From positions 33,656-97,655 of IMG/VR virus record IMGVR_UViG_3300025809_000014: DNA of 64,000 nucleotides; one strand, given 5' to 3'. Positions 47,730 through 60,200 of the stretch are shown here, piece by piece. The first letter of the stretch is position 1. The number at the start of each line of letters is the position of its first letter. The translations under genes were made by a program, and so were the position numbers. This stretch comes from a virus. The notes beneath the pieces were generated by a model that had not been told where the DNA came from, made no database searches, and worked only from the letters and a program-made list of their open reading frames with translations.

Positions 47730-50700
47730 ATGAAAGCTGAATTTTTAAAAATAGCAGGCGTTAAGTCTGAAGCAGAGTTTTACAAGAAGTTTCCTTCTGA
47801 GGAAGCCTTTATGAAAAAGCATGGAAAAGCTGTAAAGAAACTTATGGTTAAGAAAGCTAATATAGGAGCTATGATTTCAAACATAGAAACACCTAAAGGT
47901 AATCGTCCACCTACTCGCATAGATGAAGCTTTCTTGTTTGATACAGTGGCAAAACAAATGGGTCAAAAGAGTTACGATGAGACAATGGAAGATATGAAAA
48001 CTCAAGCTCAACTTTCAGCAGCACAAGAACAGCAGCCTAGTGGTGGTGGTGGTGATGGAATGATGTCAATGTTGCCTCAAATGATGTCAATGTTTAGTGG
48101 TGGTGAAGGTGGTGGTGGAGTTGATCCAAGTATGATTGCAAGTCTTGTTGGTGGAAAGAATGGTACTAAAATTAGCAAAGATAAATTGAAAAAGATAGAA
48201 GGTGAGTTATATAAAGCTTCTAATATGCACAAGAGTCAAGCTGAAAGAATTGGTAAGATGCTTAAAAAGGGTGGTAAGGTTGAGAAGTTTGAACCACACA
48301 TGATGTATGACCCTAAGACTGGTAAAGGATATAAAGCTAATAAACCAGCTGATCATGAAAGAATGGATAAGATGGGGTATACACATAAAGCTCAAGGTGG
48401 TGGTGCTATAGAACCTACATGGGGACAAGGAATTGATTTACCAGCAGGTGAGAATTATAGTTCACCAACTGGTCAATTCTTTGGTATACAAGGAGAAGGT
48501 GCAAGTTTTGGAGATCAGGTGGGTAGTATATTCAATTCTGATGCTGTACAGAATTTTGGTATTCCTATAGTGAGTGATATAATGTCTATATCAGATCAAC
48601 TCAAAGCACAAAAAGAAACATTAGCTAGAGCTAAACAAAACAGAATGTTAAGTGAGCTTACACTTGATGCAGCTAAATCAGAACCTGAAAAAATAGAACG
48701 TGAATATGTACGACCTGAAGATGTTCAGAACACAGGAGAAGAGTTTTTTCCTATTTATGGTGTAGGTACAAATGTACTTGCTAAACATGGTGGTGCATAT
48801 AAAGCTCAAGGTGGTGGTATGTTTAATAATCAAGGTTACACTCCTATAATAAATGTTAATCAACAAAAAGCATTTAAACAAGGTGGTGTATTAGGAAGTA
48901 ATTCTTATTTAGTACCTAAAGCACAAGGTGGATTTGATATGAGTAATGTTTCCTATGGTGGAGGTGGTGCTGGTGGTGGTGGTAAGAAGTTTGGTCAAAT
49001 GATTGGATTATATGAAGGAACTGATGCTGGATCTAATATTGGTGGTACAATAGGTGGAACTATTGGTTCTGCGTTTGGTCCTATAGGATCTGCTGTAGGT
49101 AGTTTTATTGGAACTGGTATTGGTGATTTATTAGACAGAGATGATAGACGAACTAGAATAGAAAATGAAAGAGCTGAGAGAGCTCAAAAAGAACTTTCTT
49201 ATACAGCAATAGCTCCATCAATACAAGCTGGATATGCATCTCATATGGAACAGGGTGGAAGTGTACCTAGTAACCCATCTATGTTAGACACGATGGCTAT
49301 GGGTGGGGATGTTAAAACTACATGGGGTGGAAAGGTTGAAACAGTATCTTATAATCCATATGCTGGTGGTGAGAGCATTGAGTTCAAAGGGAACTCACAT
49401 AATTATCGTGATCCTAAAACAGGACAAACAGGTATAGGTGTTGCTTATGGAAAAGACTCTGTTGCTAATAATGAAACAGTGGTAGAAGTTGAGAATGAAC
49501 CAGCACAACAATTAAAAGACGGTGGAGGTGATGAGAACTTAATTGTATACGGTGATCTTAAAATACCAGAAGAGTATGTAGCAGAGATTAGTGATGATAG
49601 AGCTAAAGGTAAGAAGTTTAAAAACTACGTTAGTGATGTTCTTAACAAGGACGAAGCTAAGATTAATAAGAAAATGGAGAAGGCTGCTAATCTTGGAATG
49701 GAATCAGATACCACTGTATTTGGTCAATTAGAAAGATCTACAGCTGACGCTATACTTAAAGGATCTGATATGAAATTAAAAAATATTGCTGAGAAGAAAA
49801 ATATCTTAGCTGATCTACAGAGTGCATTAAATGAAACATTTGATCAATTTGAGATAAAAGGTAATGAGTTTATTAGTAAGAATAAAATTGTTGAAGATCC
49901 AGAAAGAGCTATGAATAATATGGCTAAATCTGGTATTGAAATTAAACCTGAGAACAGAGGTAAGTTTACAGCGTGGGCTAAAGAACGTGGAATGTCTGTA
50001 TCTGAAGCTGCTAACAAGGTAATGGCTAATAAAGATGATTACAGTGAAGGTGTTGTTGCAATGGCTAACTTTGCTAAGAATGCACGTAAGTTCAAGAAAG
50101 GTCAAGATGGTTTAGAGACTAAAGAATTAGGTGGCAAGGATAAAATACCAAAGACTGATAAGAGTCCAGAGGATTTGATAAAAGAAGGATATGAGAAAGA
50201 TCCAGATAATCCAAATATTTATATAAAAAGAGAGGGTGAGAAAGTAGACGCTGTTGAACTATCTATTAAAGCTCTAGAAAAAGTTCCTAAAGGACAAGGT
50301 AGAGATGAAGAAACTGGACTGTTTGGAAGTGTTACAATGGAACAATTTGAAGCAGCTAAAGAAGCTAATCCTTGGTTTGATTGGGAAAACTTTGATCCTA
50401 AAAATGAAGCTGATGTAAGACGTTATCAAAATGAATTTAACAAAAGAGCTGAAGAAGCTGGTGATGCTACAAGAATACAAGTAGATGGTGACTTTGGAGA
50501 ACAAACATCTAGTGCTAGATTCACTCCAGCAGTGGAAGGTTCAGATCCTGTAGAGGAAAAAGTTCAAGTAGAAACTACTACAGAAACAACTACAGTTGCT
50601 GGAAATCGAATTCCTTTTCCAGTTCTTCCTCCACCAGTAGATACTGAAGGACTTGATCCTAATCAACTACTTGGAGAGTATGCTGCATTATCTTCTAATA

Positions 50701-51524
50701 CATTAGATCCTGTATATGCTCAAACATACCAACCTAATCTGAGAGTTCCTTATGATATCTCTTTACAGGACATGAAGAATGATGTAATTGGGCAAAGTAG
50801 AGTGTTACAAAGAAATGCAACATTACAAGGTAATCCTGCTGCTCTTGCTCTTGCACAGGCTCCTACATACCAAGCGTTAAATCAAATTAATGCTGAAGAG
50901 TTTAGACAAAATCAAGCATTTAAAAATCAAGTATATTCAGAAAATTTAGATACGCTTAATAAATCACGTTTAACTAACTTAGGTATATATGATCAACAAC
51001 AGGATAGACAAGCAGAAGCTGTAGCTAAAACAAAAGCTACTACAATTGCTGCTCTTAATTCTATTTCTAGTAAGTATCAACAAAAACAACTAGAGGGTAG
51101 ATTAAAACAAACGTTTGCAAATCTTTATCCAACCTATGCTTTTGATGATCAATATAGAGCTAGAGTTCAACAATCTGCTATGTTTAACCTTCCAGGTGGA
51201 ACTGTAACAGGTATACCAGGACTTGCAACACCAGGATTTAATCCACTTCTACAACAAATTCCAGGAATGGTTGGAGGGGTTCAAGGACTTATTCAACAAC
51301 AAAGACAATTTCAAGAAGAGCAAAGAAAGAAAATGGAAGAGCAAGGACTTAATCCTGATATTAATTATAAAAAGATGGATAGATATTTAAACAGATCAAA
51401 CAATACAGATGGTATCTATGACTATGTTCCTATAGAACAAGAAGGAGAATTTGCTAAGAAGGGGAAGACAGTTAAAAAGAATCATAAAAATAGTAATATC
51501 CTAAAAAAGCTAAGAGGTTTATAA
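47730..51524 (+). CDS. cargo/ejection protein with glycine-zipper membrane segment
   Basis: GSNIGGTIGGTIGSAFGPIGSAVGSFIGTGIG; FKGNSH..GIG..EVENE; IEIKPENRGKFT module; VDGDFGEQT. Confidence 0.65.
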   Translation: MKAEFLKIAGVKSEAEFYKKFPSEEAFMKKHGKAVKKLMVKKANIGAMISNIETPKGNRPPTRIDEAFLFDTVAKQMGQKSYDETMEDMKTQAQLSAAQEQQPSGGGGDGMMSMLPQMMSMFSGGEGGGGVDPSMIASLVGGKNGTKISKDKLKKIEGELYKASNMHKSQAERIGKMLKKGGKVEKFEPHMMYDPKTGKGYKANKPADHERMDKMGYTHKAQGGGAIEPTWGQGIDLPAGENYSSPTGQFFGIQGEGASFGDQVGSIFNSDAVQNFGIPIVSDIMSISDQLKAQKETLARAKQNRMLSELTLDAAKSEPEKIEREYVRPEDVQNTGEEFFPIYGVGTNVLAKHGGAYKAQGGGMFNNQGYTPIINVNQQKAFKQGGVLGSNSYLVPKAQGGFDMSNVSYGGGGAGGGGKKFGQMIGLYEGTDAGSNIGGTIGGTIGSAFGPIGSAVGSFIGTGIGDLLDRDDRRTRIENERAERAQKELSYTAIAPSIQAGYASHMEQGGSVPSNPSMLDTMAMGGDVKTTWGGKVETVSYNPYAGGESIEFKGNSHNYRDPKTGQTGIGVAYGKDSVANNETVVEVENEPAQQLKDGGGDENLIVYGDLKIPEEYVAEISDDRAKGKKFKNYVSDVLNKDEAKINKKMEKAANLGMESDTTVFGQLERSTADAILKGSDMKLKNIAEKKNILADLQSALNETFDQFEIKGNEFISKNKIVEDPERAMNNMAKSGIEIKPENRGKFTAWAKERGMSVSEAANKVMANKDDYSEGVVAMANFAKNARKFKKGQDGLETKELGGKDKIPKTDKSPEDLIKEGYEKDPDNPNIYIKREGEKVDAVELSIKALEKVPKGQGRDEETGLFGSVTMEQFEAAKEANPWFDWENFDPKNEADVRRYQNEFNKRAEEAGDATRIQVDGDFGEQTSSARFTPAVEGSDPVEEKVQVETTTETTTVAGNRIPFPVLPPPVDTEGLDPNQLLGEYAALSSNTLDPVYAQTYQPNLRVPYDISLQDMKNDVIGQSRVLQRNATLQGNPAALALAQAPTYQALNQINAEEFRQNQAFKNQVYSENLDTLNKSRLTNLGIYDQQQDRQAEAVAKTKATTIAALNSISSKYQQKQLEGRLKQTFANLYPTYAFDDQYRARVQQSAMFNLPGGTVTGIPGLATPGFNPLLQQIPGMVGGVQGLIQQQRQFQEEQRKKMEEQGLNPDINYKKMDRYLNRSNNTDGIYDYVPIEQEGEFAKKGKTVKKNHKNSNILKKLRGL

Positions 51525-51597
51525 TTAAATTGATTATAAAACATTACCAAAACCTGTTAGCCATTCTTGGATAATAAAATTAATCACATTACATTTG
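51518..51597 (+). promoter_or_regulatory. dyad operator plus promoter
   Basis: TTTATAATTAAATTGATTATAAA (51518-51540); CTTG (51566), 20 nt, TACATTTG (51590-51597). Confidence 0.6.
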
Positions 51598-51604
51598 TTA
51601 AATT

Positions 51605-54226
51605 ATGGCATCGTATAAAGATATAATCCCTACGTTCAACCCTTATATACAACAAGAGCCTGTAGAGGCAATGATGAAAGTTGGTGTATATAAGCAGCAG
51701 CGCTATGATGAAGGGGTAAAAAAAATACAAGAGAGCATAGATAATATTGCTGGTCTTGATGTTGTTAGACCTGAAGATAAGGCACTCTTACAATCAAAAC
51801 TCAATCAAATAGGTGGACAGTTATCATCTGTAGCAGGTGGAGACTTTTCTAATTTTGCTTTAGTTAATTCTGTTAATGGAATGACTAATCAAATAGCAAA
51901 GGATCCAGGTGTAATTAATGCTGTTTCAAATACTGCTAGATATAAAAAAGATTTAACCACTGTAGAAAAACTTAACTCAGAAGGGAAGTGGGCTCCTTCT
52001 AACCAAGCAGCGTTTCAGAAGGATGTAAACAAATGGTTTCAAGGTGGTCAGGATGCTAATTATAATGCTAATGTTTCTCCTTTTGTAAATGTTACAAAAG
52101 ATGCTACTGATATAATAAAAGCTCTAGGAGTAAAAGAAACTGGAAGAGATGTTGCATTTAATGAAAAAGGTCAACTGGTAGATGCAATTACAAGAATTAG
52201 AGTTAAGGGTATTAGTAAAGAAAGAATATCTTCAGCTTTGAAATCTGGACTTAGTCCTCAAGCGTATAGACAATTATCTATTGATGGCCTATATAAATAC
52301 TCTAACACATCTCCTGAGCAATATGTAAATGATGTAAATTCAAGTTACCAATCTACGTTTACTAAATATTCTGAAGAACGAGATAGACTTGTTGCTCTTA
52401 AAAGTTCTGCAGCAAGCCCTAGTGAAAAACAAAGAATTCAAGGTGAAATTGATCAAGTAGATAGTAGTATTGAGTCTATTAAGTCTGAATATGATAGTGT
52501 ATCTCAAGGATTTTCTAATGGAGATGTTGAAGGTTCACAAGCACAGTTATATACAATGAATTGGCTTCAGGACACTTCTAATGCATACGCTACTGAAAGT
52601 GTTATTCAATCATATCAAACTAATCCAATGGCAAGAATGCAAATGGAAAGAGATAAGATGCAACAATCTGCAAGAATTGCACAAGCTAAGTTAGATCAAC
52701 AACAGAGATATAATGATGATAAACTTAACATAGAAAGAAAAAAACTTAAACTACTGCAAAATCCTTATGGTCCAATTGAACTTCCTAAAGGTGAAGAAGC
52801 AACTAATACAGAAGTAATTGCAGCTGCTAAAGCAAATCAAATTGCAGCAGCAAACCTTACTGAAAAAGTTAAGAGTCAATTTATTAATACATTTGGGGTT
52901 GATGAAACAGGGTTTGATGCAGCACTTTCTGCATATCGAACAAAACCTAATTCTGTTTCTTGGGATCAAGCACAAGTTTTAAATCAATATGATGTAGCAC
53001 AAAAAAATAGTATACGTCAATCAAATCTTATTTTACAAGCTGAACAAGAAGCAGAAATAATAGCAGCCTCTAAGTATGATAAATTGATTCCTGAAGATCT
53101 TAAGGATAAGACTATCAACGGAATGAATTATGCTCAAGCTGCTGCACTACTTCAAAGATTTGATTCTAATTATTTTTCTCCAGGAGGGGGTGGTGGTTAT
53201 AGTTCAGTGGCTCCAGTATTTTCAACTTCAATATCCCCTAAATATGGTCAGGAAAAAGCTAAGAAAGATTTTGAGGCTGGATTATTAACTGAAGAAGAGT
53301 ACGGTTTATATGGGGTGTGGGCTGAGACTAAAAGAAGTGATCCAACTATTAGAACTATATATGAAGTAAGCAATAATATAAAAAAAGAAGCATCACGAAT
53401 AGAAGAAGAAAGAAATACTTATTTAAAAGATTTCTACAAAAAAACAATGTCTACAACTTCTCAACAAGCTTATAGGGTGCCTCTTGAGAGTGCAGCACAA
53501 AAAGATCAATTTAGACCAACGCTTAACGCATTAGCTGCAGTGGCTGAGAGAACTGATGGCTTACCAGGTTTTGAGGGAACTGCAGATGATATTAGATTAA
53601 TGGCAAGTAAGCTACAGGGTGCTTTAGTTTATACAGACAGTGCAGGTGATTATCAAATTAATGCTACTAATGAAGCTGGTGAAAGTCTCACTATACCAAT
53701 AACTGGAGATATGTATAGAAGTGTGTTTGGAAGTAGATTTGAAGCTTCTCCAGAGATGACAGCATTTAATCAAAAATACCTACCTCAACTTTTATCTAAC
53801 GTTCCTCCTTTACAACTAGGATTTGACCCTAGAGTAAATGAAAATGTAATTATGAGACCACCTCAAGATTTCTTTACTACATCATTAGATGGGAAATATA
53901 AAACTACAGTAGATAATTCTTCATTAGGTGGACCTTCTGATTTTCCAAGAGTATCTTATTATACAGTGACTGGAAATCTTGTAAGTGATTCAGAGCCAGA
54001 AGCAGCTGAGCAATTCAAACTTCAGTTAAATATATTTGACCCTATTTCAAATAAACAAGTTTTAGAAAACTATTTATTTCCTACTCCTATACTAAAAGAA
54101 AAAGTTGTACCTACATTACAACAGATTACTGATGAAGATATATGGCAATTACTTAATGGTACAAGTAAGAACATGCCTGACTCTGAATTAAAAAAACTGC
54201 AAGAAGCTTCTAAACAAATAGACTAA
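51605..54226 (+). CDS. probable cargo/ejection protein
   Basis: 873 aa, helical, FNPYIQQEPVEAM..V..YKQQRYD start; lies between cargo protein and RNAP gene. Confidence 0.65.
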   Translation: MASYKDIIPTFNPYIQQEPVEAMMKVGVYKQQRYDEGVKKIQESIDNIAGLDVVRPEDKALLQSKLNQIGGQLSSVAGGDFSNFALVNSVNGMTNQIAKDPGVINAVSNTARYKKDLTTVEKLNSEGKWAPSNQAAFQKDVNKWFQGGQDANYNANVSPFVNVTKDATDIIKALGVKETGRDVAFNEKGQLVDAITRIRVKGISKERISSALKSGLSPQAYRQLSIDGLYKYSNTSPEQYVNDVNSSYQSTFTKYSEERDRLVALKSSAASPSEKQRIQGEIDQVDSSIESIKSEYDSVSQGFSNGDVEGSQAQLYTMNWLQDTSNAYATESVIQSYQTNPMARMQMERDKMQQSARIAQAKLDQQQRYNDDKLNIERKKLKLLQNPYGPIELPKGEEATNTEVIAAAKANQIAAANLTEKVKSQFINTFGVDETGFDAALSAYRTKPNSVSWDQAQVLNQYDVAQKNSIRQSNLILQAEQEAEIIAASKYDKLIPEDLKDKTINGMNYAQAAALLQRFDSNYFSPGGGGGYSSVAPVFSTSISPKYGQEKAKKDFEAGLLTEEEYGLYGVWAETKRSDPTIRTIYEVSNNIKKEASRIEEERNTYLKDFYKKTMSTTSQQAYRVPLESAAQKDQFRPTLNALAAVAERTDGLPGFEGTADDIRLMASKLQGALVYTDSAGDYQINATNEAGESLTIPITGDMYRSVFGSRFEASPEMTAFNQKYLPQLLSNVPPLQLGFDPRVNENVIMRPPQDFFTTSLDGKYKTTVDNSSLGGPSDFPRVSYYTVTGNLVSDSEPEAAEQFKLQLNIFDPISNKQVLENYLFPTPILKEKVVPTLQQITDEDIWQLLNGTSKNMPDSELKKLQEASKQID

Positions 54227-54228
54227 AC

Positions 54229-57200
54229 ATGGAAAAAAATAGTTTACCAAAAGCACAATCTGGAAAAACAGTAATACCTGCTCCAACTCAACTTTCTCCT
54301 CCTAATCCTTTGTTAGATGAACAATTCATGCAACAAAGATTTGGTGGATACAGAGATAATGTTTCTATTCCAAATGCTCCAAGTGTTCCCTATACAAATC
54401 CATATGCTAGTTTTACATCTTCATCTCCTAAGACATCATCTTTAGCTAATCTTATAAAAAATGCTACTACTCCAGGTGATACAAGCGGTGGTGGTAAGAT
54501 AAGAACTCTTGATGAGTATGCAGCTAATGAGAATGGAAGGTATGATTATTTTATGGCTGGAGACTTTGATAATGAAGATGCTGCTGCACAAAATCAAAGC
54601 TTTGGTTCAAAAATGGTAAATGGCGTTAGTAAAGGATTGTTACTTACAGGTACAACATTCTTACAGTCAACTGTAGGACTTGTTAATGGAACATATCAGG
54701 CAATTGCAGATGGTCAGTTTTCTTCGTTTTATGATAATGAATTTAATAGATCTTTAGATGAGATAAATAAATATGCAGAGGATGCATTACCAAACTATTA
54801 CACAGCTGCAGAAAGAGATGCAAATTGGTATTCTCCTACTTATTGGGCTACAGGTAACTTTTTATGGGATGGTGTTATAAAGAACTTAGGATTTGCTGCT
54901 GGTGCTGCTTTATCAGGAGGCGTGTACACTAATGCATTAAAAGCCCTTCCATATACTTCTAGATTATTCTCTATTGGTAAATCTGCAGAAACACTTGCTG
55001 CAACAGAAGCAGGATTAGCAGGTGCAAATAAAGTTGCTGATACATATGGTAAGGTGAGAGCACTGTCTGATAAGTTTCTCTCTAATTATAATACATTAAA
55101 TCCTGCAGGTAGAGCTGTTGTTGCTGGATTATCTACAACTGGTGAAGCTGGTATAGAGGCTTTACATAGTAGTAATGAATTTAGAAAAGAACTAATTGAT
55201 GAACATATAGCAGAATATGGTGTAGAACCAACAGGTGCAGCACTTGAGTCTATTAACGCTGCTGTAGAAGGATCAGGCAATGCTACATTCTTTGCTAATG
55301 TTGGACTTCTTACAGCAACTAACTATATTCAGTTTCCTAAGATATTAGGAAGTACATACAAAGCAGAGAAAGGAATAGTTAATGGAATTGTTAGAGAGAT
55401 AGATGATATTGTTTATGAAGGTGGTAAGTATATAAAACCAAAAGCAAAATACCCAGCTCTTTCTAGATTAAACAAAATAAGACCTTACACATTTTCTGTA
55501 TCAGAAGCATTTGAAGAAGTAAGTCAATATTCCGCTACAGTGGCTACACAAGACTATTATAATAAAGCACGTAATGGTGAAGCTACTAGTTGGTTAAATT
55601 CTATTGGTGTAGGTATTACAGATGGTGCATTTAGTAATGAGGGTGCTAAGAATGCTCTTATTGGTGGAATTTCTGGATCTATAATGTTAGGAAGAAATAG
55701 GTTTAGAAAAGACAGAGCAAGAAGAAAAAATACAGCTCAAGCACTTAAAGATCTTAATAACGCTAACCTATCAGACTTTACAAAAGAAACTATTGATGCT
55801 GTAAATAGAGGAACAGTATTACAAGAAGAAAGAGAACAAGCTGTTAAGAATGGTGATATTTTAAATAGTAAAGATTTAGAAGCTGATTACATTGCTAATT
55901 ATCTTACACCTAGAATTAAGTATGGTAGATATGATTTAGTAAAATCTGACATAAACGAATATAAAAAACTAGCAAGTACAGAAGAAGGTTTTGCACAACT
56001 GCAATCTGAAGGTAAAGCTCTTGAAAGTGATACAAAAGAGGCATACTTAGAAAGACTTGGTCGCTTTGAACAAACCGCAGATAATGTAAAGTCTCTATGG
56101 CAATCACTTAACTTACGTTATTCAGGACAGGTAGATGAAAATGGAAAACCTATATACAGCAATGATGTAATTAATAAGATGTTATATACTGCTACTAAAG
56201 TGGCAGACTATGATCAAAGGATACTAGATATGATGGGTCCTCTTACAGCTGCAGGTATTAATACTTCTGAGGTTATAGAACAGCTTGTGGCTGGTAACTC
56301 AGAAGCGTTTAACGAAGCTGTTGCATCTATTCAAGAGATGGATATTCTTGACGATCAAAAAGAAACACTTGGTAAATCATTAGAAGATATATCAGAACTT
56401 GCATTAAGAAGACAATCATTCTTAAAAGCTTACCAAGATATAAAAGAAAATCCTAGTAACTTCTCAGAAGCTCCAATAGAGGAAGATGCTCCTGTAACAG
56501 GTCCTGCTGAAACTGTTTCAGTTAAAACTAAACAAGGAGATAAAGAGGTTGAACTAAACACTCCATACTTTGTTGGTAAAGGTGTAGATTATGCTAAAGA
56601 TCCTTTAGATGCTCCTGTACCTATTTCTCAATTTGTAGTACAGAAGGTAAATGAAGATGGAACATTAGAAGTAAAAACTGAAAATGGTGAGGTAAAGAAT
56701 GTTTCTGCAGATGTACTTGAAAATTTTAAGATAGGTAAAGTTAGCACTTTGCAAAACAACGAGACAGCTAACTATTATTACAATCATAGAAACGAAATCT
56801 TTGAATTTAACTTTGGTAAAAACTCTGGTGGTAAAAAACCAGGTAGACTTGAATATCAAGATGGTAAACTTTATTTTGTATACTTAACACCAAAAGGTAA
56901 GGTACAAAAAGTACAGGTTAATGGTTCTCACTTTGTTGCACAGAAAGGTTATAACCAAGCTATGGTTACAAAAGTGGGAAGTGTAGAGAATCAACAGCAA
57001 AAAGAAGCTAGAGAACAATTCATGTCTCCAGAACAAATTGCTAGACAAAGAGCCTCACTTGCTAAGAGTAGAGAAGCTAGACTTGAAGTGCTTACACAAT
57101 TAGGTGAAGAGTCTAAAGAGAGTTTAGAAGAAACAAATAAGAAACTTGCACAACAAACTAAAAAGTTAGCTAAGGTAAAAGAAGACTTAGAGAATATAGC

Positions 57201-60200
57201 TAAGATGAAAGAGGCTGGTCCAACTGGTCCTAAGATTAAGCTTAACTTCTCAAAGGCTACAAAGGTGTTTACAAAAGCACTTAATAACCTTACATCTATG
57301 CAAGCTGATATAGAAGCTGAGATAGATAACTTAAATGCTCAGAAAGAAGAACTTGAACTTAACATTTCTTACTTCCAAGACTTTGCTAATCAAATCACTG
57401 ATGCTCCTGAAGACAGTGGGGAGTTCTTAAGAGAACTTAAAAATCAAGTAGCATTATTAGTTGACAATGGTAAAAATTTAAACAATGCTCTGTCTGCAGC
57501 TAAGAAGCTTGCAAAGAGTACAGAGAAAGCTATTAAGTCAGCAGCTAAGTTATTTAGAAAGACACTTAAGAAAACATATTTTGTTGATCAAGATTACTCA
57601 CAGTATCTAAGTGACTTATTAGATCAAGTAGTATCTGGAGAAAACTTACTAGAAACATGGCCTCTATTGAAACAAGAGATGGCCAACTTTGCACTTACTG
57701 TTGACTTGTCAAAAGAAGGAACTATAGATGAAGCTGGTCTTTTAGAATCTATTAATAATGTAAAACAAATAGAGAAAGACTTAGCTGACTTAAGGGCTGA
57801 GTATAAAGCTAGAAAGATTATTACAGATAGATTTCAATCTATCATGGATGAGTATAATGCTCAGAAAGTTCAAGAGGCTGAACTTAAACTTAAACTTAGT
57901 AAGGTTATAGCAACAGCTGATATGTCAGCACCTACAGACTTTTCTAAAACTAGTTCTTTTGAGTCTCAATCTAAGAAGTCACCTGAAATTATATACAGAG
58001 CTACAGTGGCTCCTGAAAGTGCAAGTGATTATTTCAAAGATGAAACTGGAAAAGATCATCAAACTCGAGCTAATCAATTTGGATTAGATCTAGATACATT
58101 TGAAAATAGAGATAATATACGTGCTCTGTTTGTAACATCTAAAACACAAGATCTTAAATTACCAGGTGTGATTGAGCAAATGCTTGATAATGACCCTACA
58201 CTTATTGAGCAATTTAAAGACTCAATGATTGTGATGGTGATGGTTAATGAGAATGGTGAACTAGTTGGTGTAAACGGACAACCTATACCAGAAGGAGCTC
58301 CTTTATTAGACAATGCTATCTACCAAACTATACCTGAGGCTGGATTTAGAGATGGTTCAATGTATAGAGAGGGAACAGCTGAAAATGTAAAAGATGCAAT
58401 TAATAAAGAATATAAAGAACGAAGAGATAACATTCTAAAGCAAACAGCACTAGGTATACCACAAGAGATAGAAGCTTCTTTTGGTATTCCTCAAACTGAT
58501 GACAATGCTAGAACATCTGTAGAAGATGCAGGCCTTGTTGACCAAGATAGTTTAGAAAGAGATTTAGTATTATATGTTCCTACAACTAACACAAATGTTA
58601 GCAAGGGAACCACTACATACAACACACCACTTGGATCTGTATTCTTAGATACACCAACTGGATATGTAAAGCTTAGAAATAGATTACACACAAAGAAAGA
58701 AGCTACAGCAATATATGATGCTATATTAAAGGTTGCTAAGAACTTAATTAATCCTAATGAAGGTGTAACTAGTGATAGTTCTATACGTGCTCTGGAGTTC
58801 TTAAAAGGTGTAACTTATTGGGGTGTACCAACTGACCAGCAAGGTAATAGAAAGGATGCAGGTAATAACAGTGTATTCTTTGAAAAAGTTAAACTTGAAG
58901 AAGGTCCAGTGTCTTTTACAAGAACTGATTTAATTATAGGATCTAAGGGTACAAGGTTTGGATTTACACCTAGCTCATTAGAAGCTAACAAAGAACTTAT
59001 TATTAATGAACTAGAGAACATATATAATAATGTAACTGCGTATAAAACAAAGGACGTTAATAAATCATTTGAACAGATAACATCTATATCTCCAGAAGGA
59101 GAGATTGAGTCTATTACATGGCCTAACTATCAAAGCTATCTTTTATCTAATAAGAATCCTGATGGATCTACAAGAGAAGGTTTTGAACTTCCTCTTTACA
59201 CTAACCTCAAGGAAAAGAAAGATGGTGAGTTTAATAGAGTGGGTGTATATTTCTATGTAACAAATACAACTGATGAGTTTGAAATACCAGAACCAGCAAA
59301 GCAAGCTACCAATATACCTCTTCGTAAAGCTACAAGTTATACACTTGATGGTAACACAATTAATACATACACTTCTCCAAATGGTGCAAAGATTAACTTT
59401 AGAGCTTTTGAAAGTGCAACACTTGAAAACTATGAAGAGAAGATTCAAGTGTTACAGGGTGGTGATTTAACAACTGTTGTAGAAACTATAAAGAAGTCTG
59501 GAAAAGATCCCCAACAGCAAATCAAACAAACTATATATAATGCAATTGCTCCACAACTAACAGAGGTTAGAGCACAGTCTGCATACAAAGAGCAGACAGA
59601 TAAAAGTGGATTGCCAACATTCACTATAGGTGGAGAGGTTGCACCTGCAGCTCCTACTCAACCAGCACAACAAACTAGTGTAGAAACAACTGACGATAAT
59701 GGTATACCAACATTTACTATTGGTGATGATGTAATAGGAACACCTGCTCAACAAACTGAAGCTCAACAAAAGATAGATAGTTTAGAAGATCAAATCAATC
59801 AAGCAATCTCTGATGCTAATTCAGAAGACTTGCGTGTTAAGATTAATCAAGAGATTGATATGTTTGAACCAGAAAACTGGACAGATGTAGAATCTTGGTT
59901 AAAGAAAAACTTTCCTAACGTTCCTGTATTTAGAGTGAAGAACATTATTCAAGCTACTAATGGTAGACAAGCTTGGGGTATGTTTAAGGATGGTGCTATT
60001 TATGTATATGAGAATGCAGAAACTGGTACAGCATACCATGAGGTATTTGAAGCTGTATGGAAAATGTTTACAGGTGCTGAAGAACAAGCTAATATAATTA
60101 ATGAGTTCAAAGCACGTAAAGGAACATTTATAGATAGACCTACAGGTCAAAAAGTTAAATACTCTGAAGCTACACCAGCTCAAATTAAAGAAGAGCTTGC

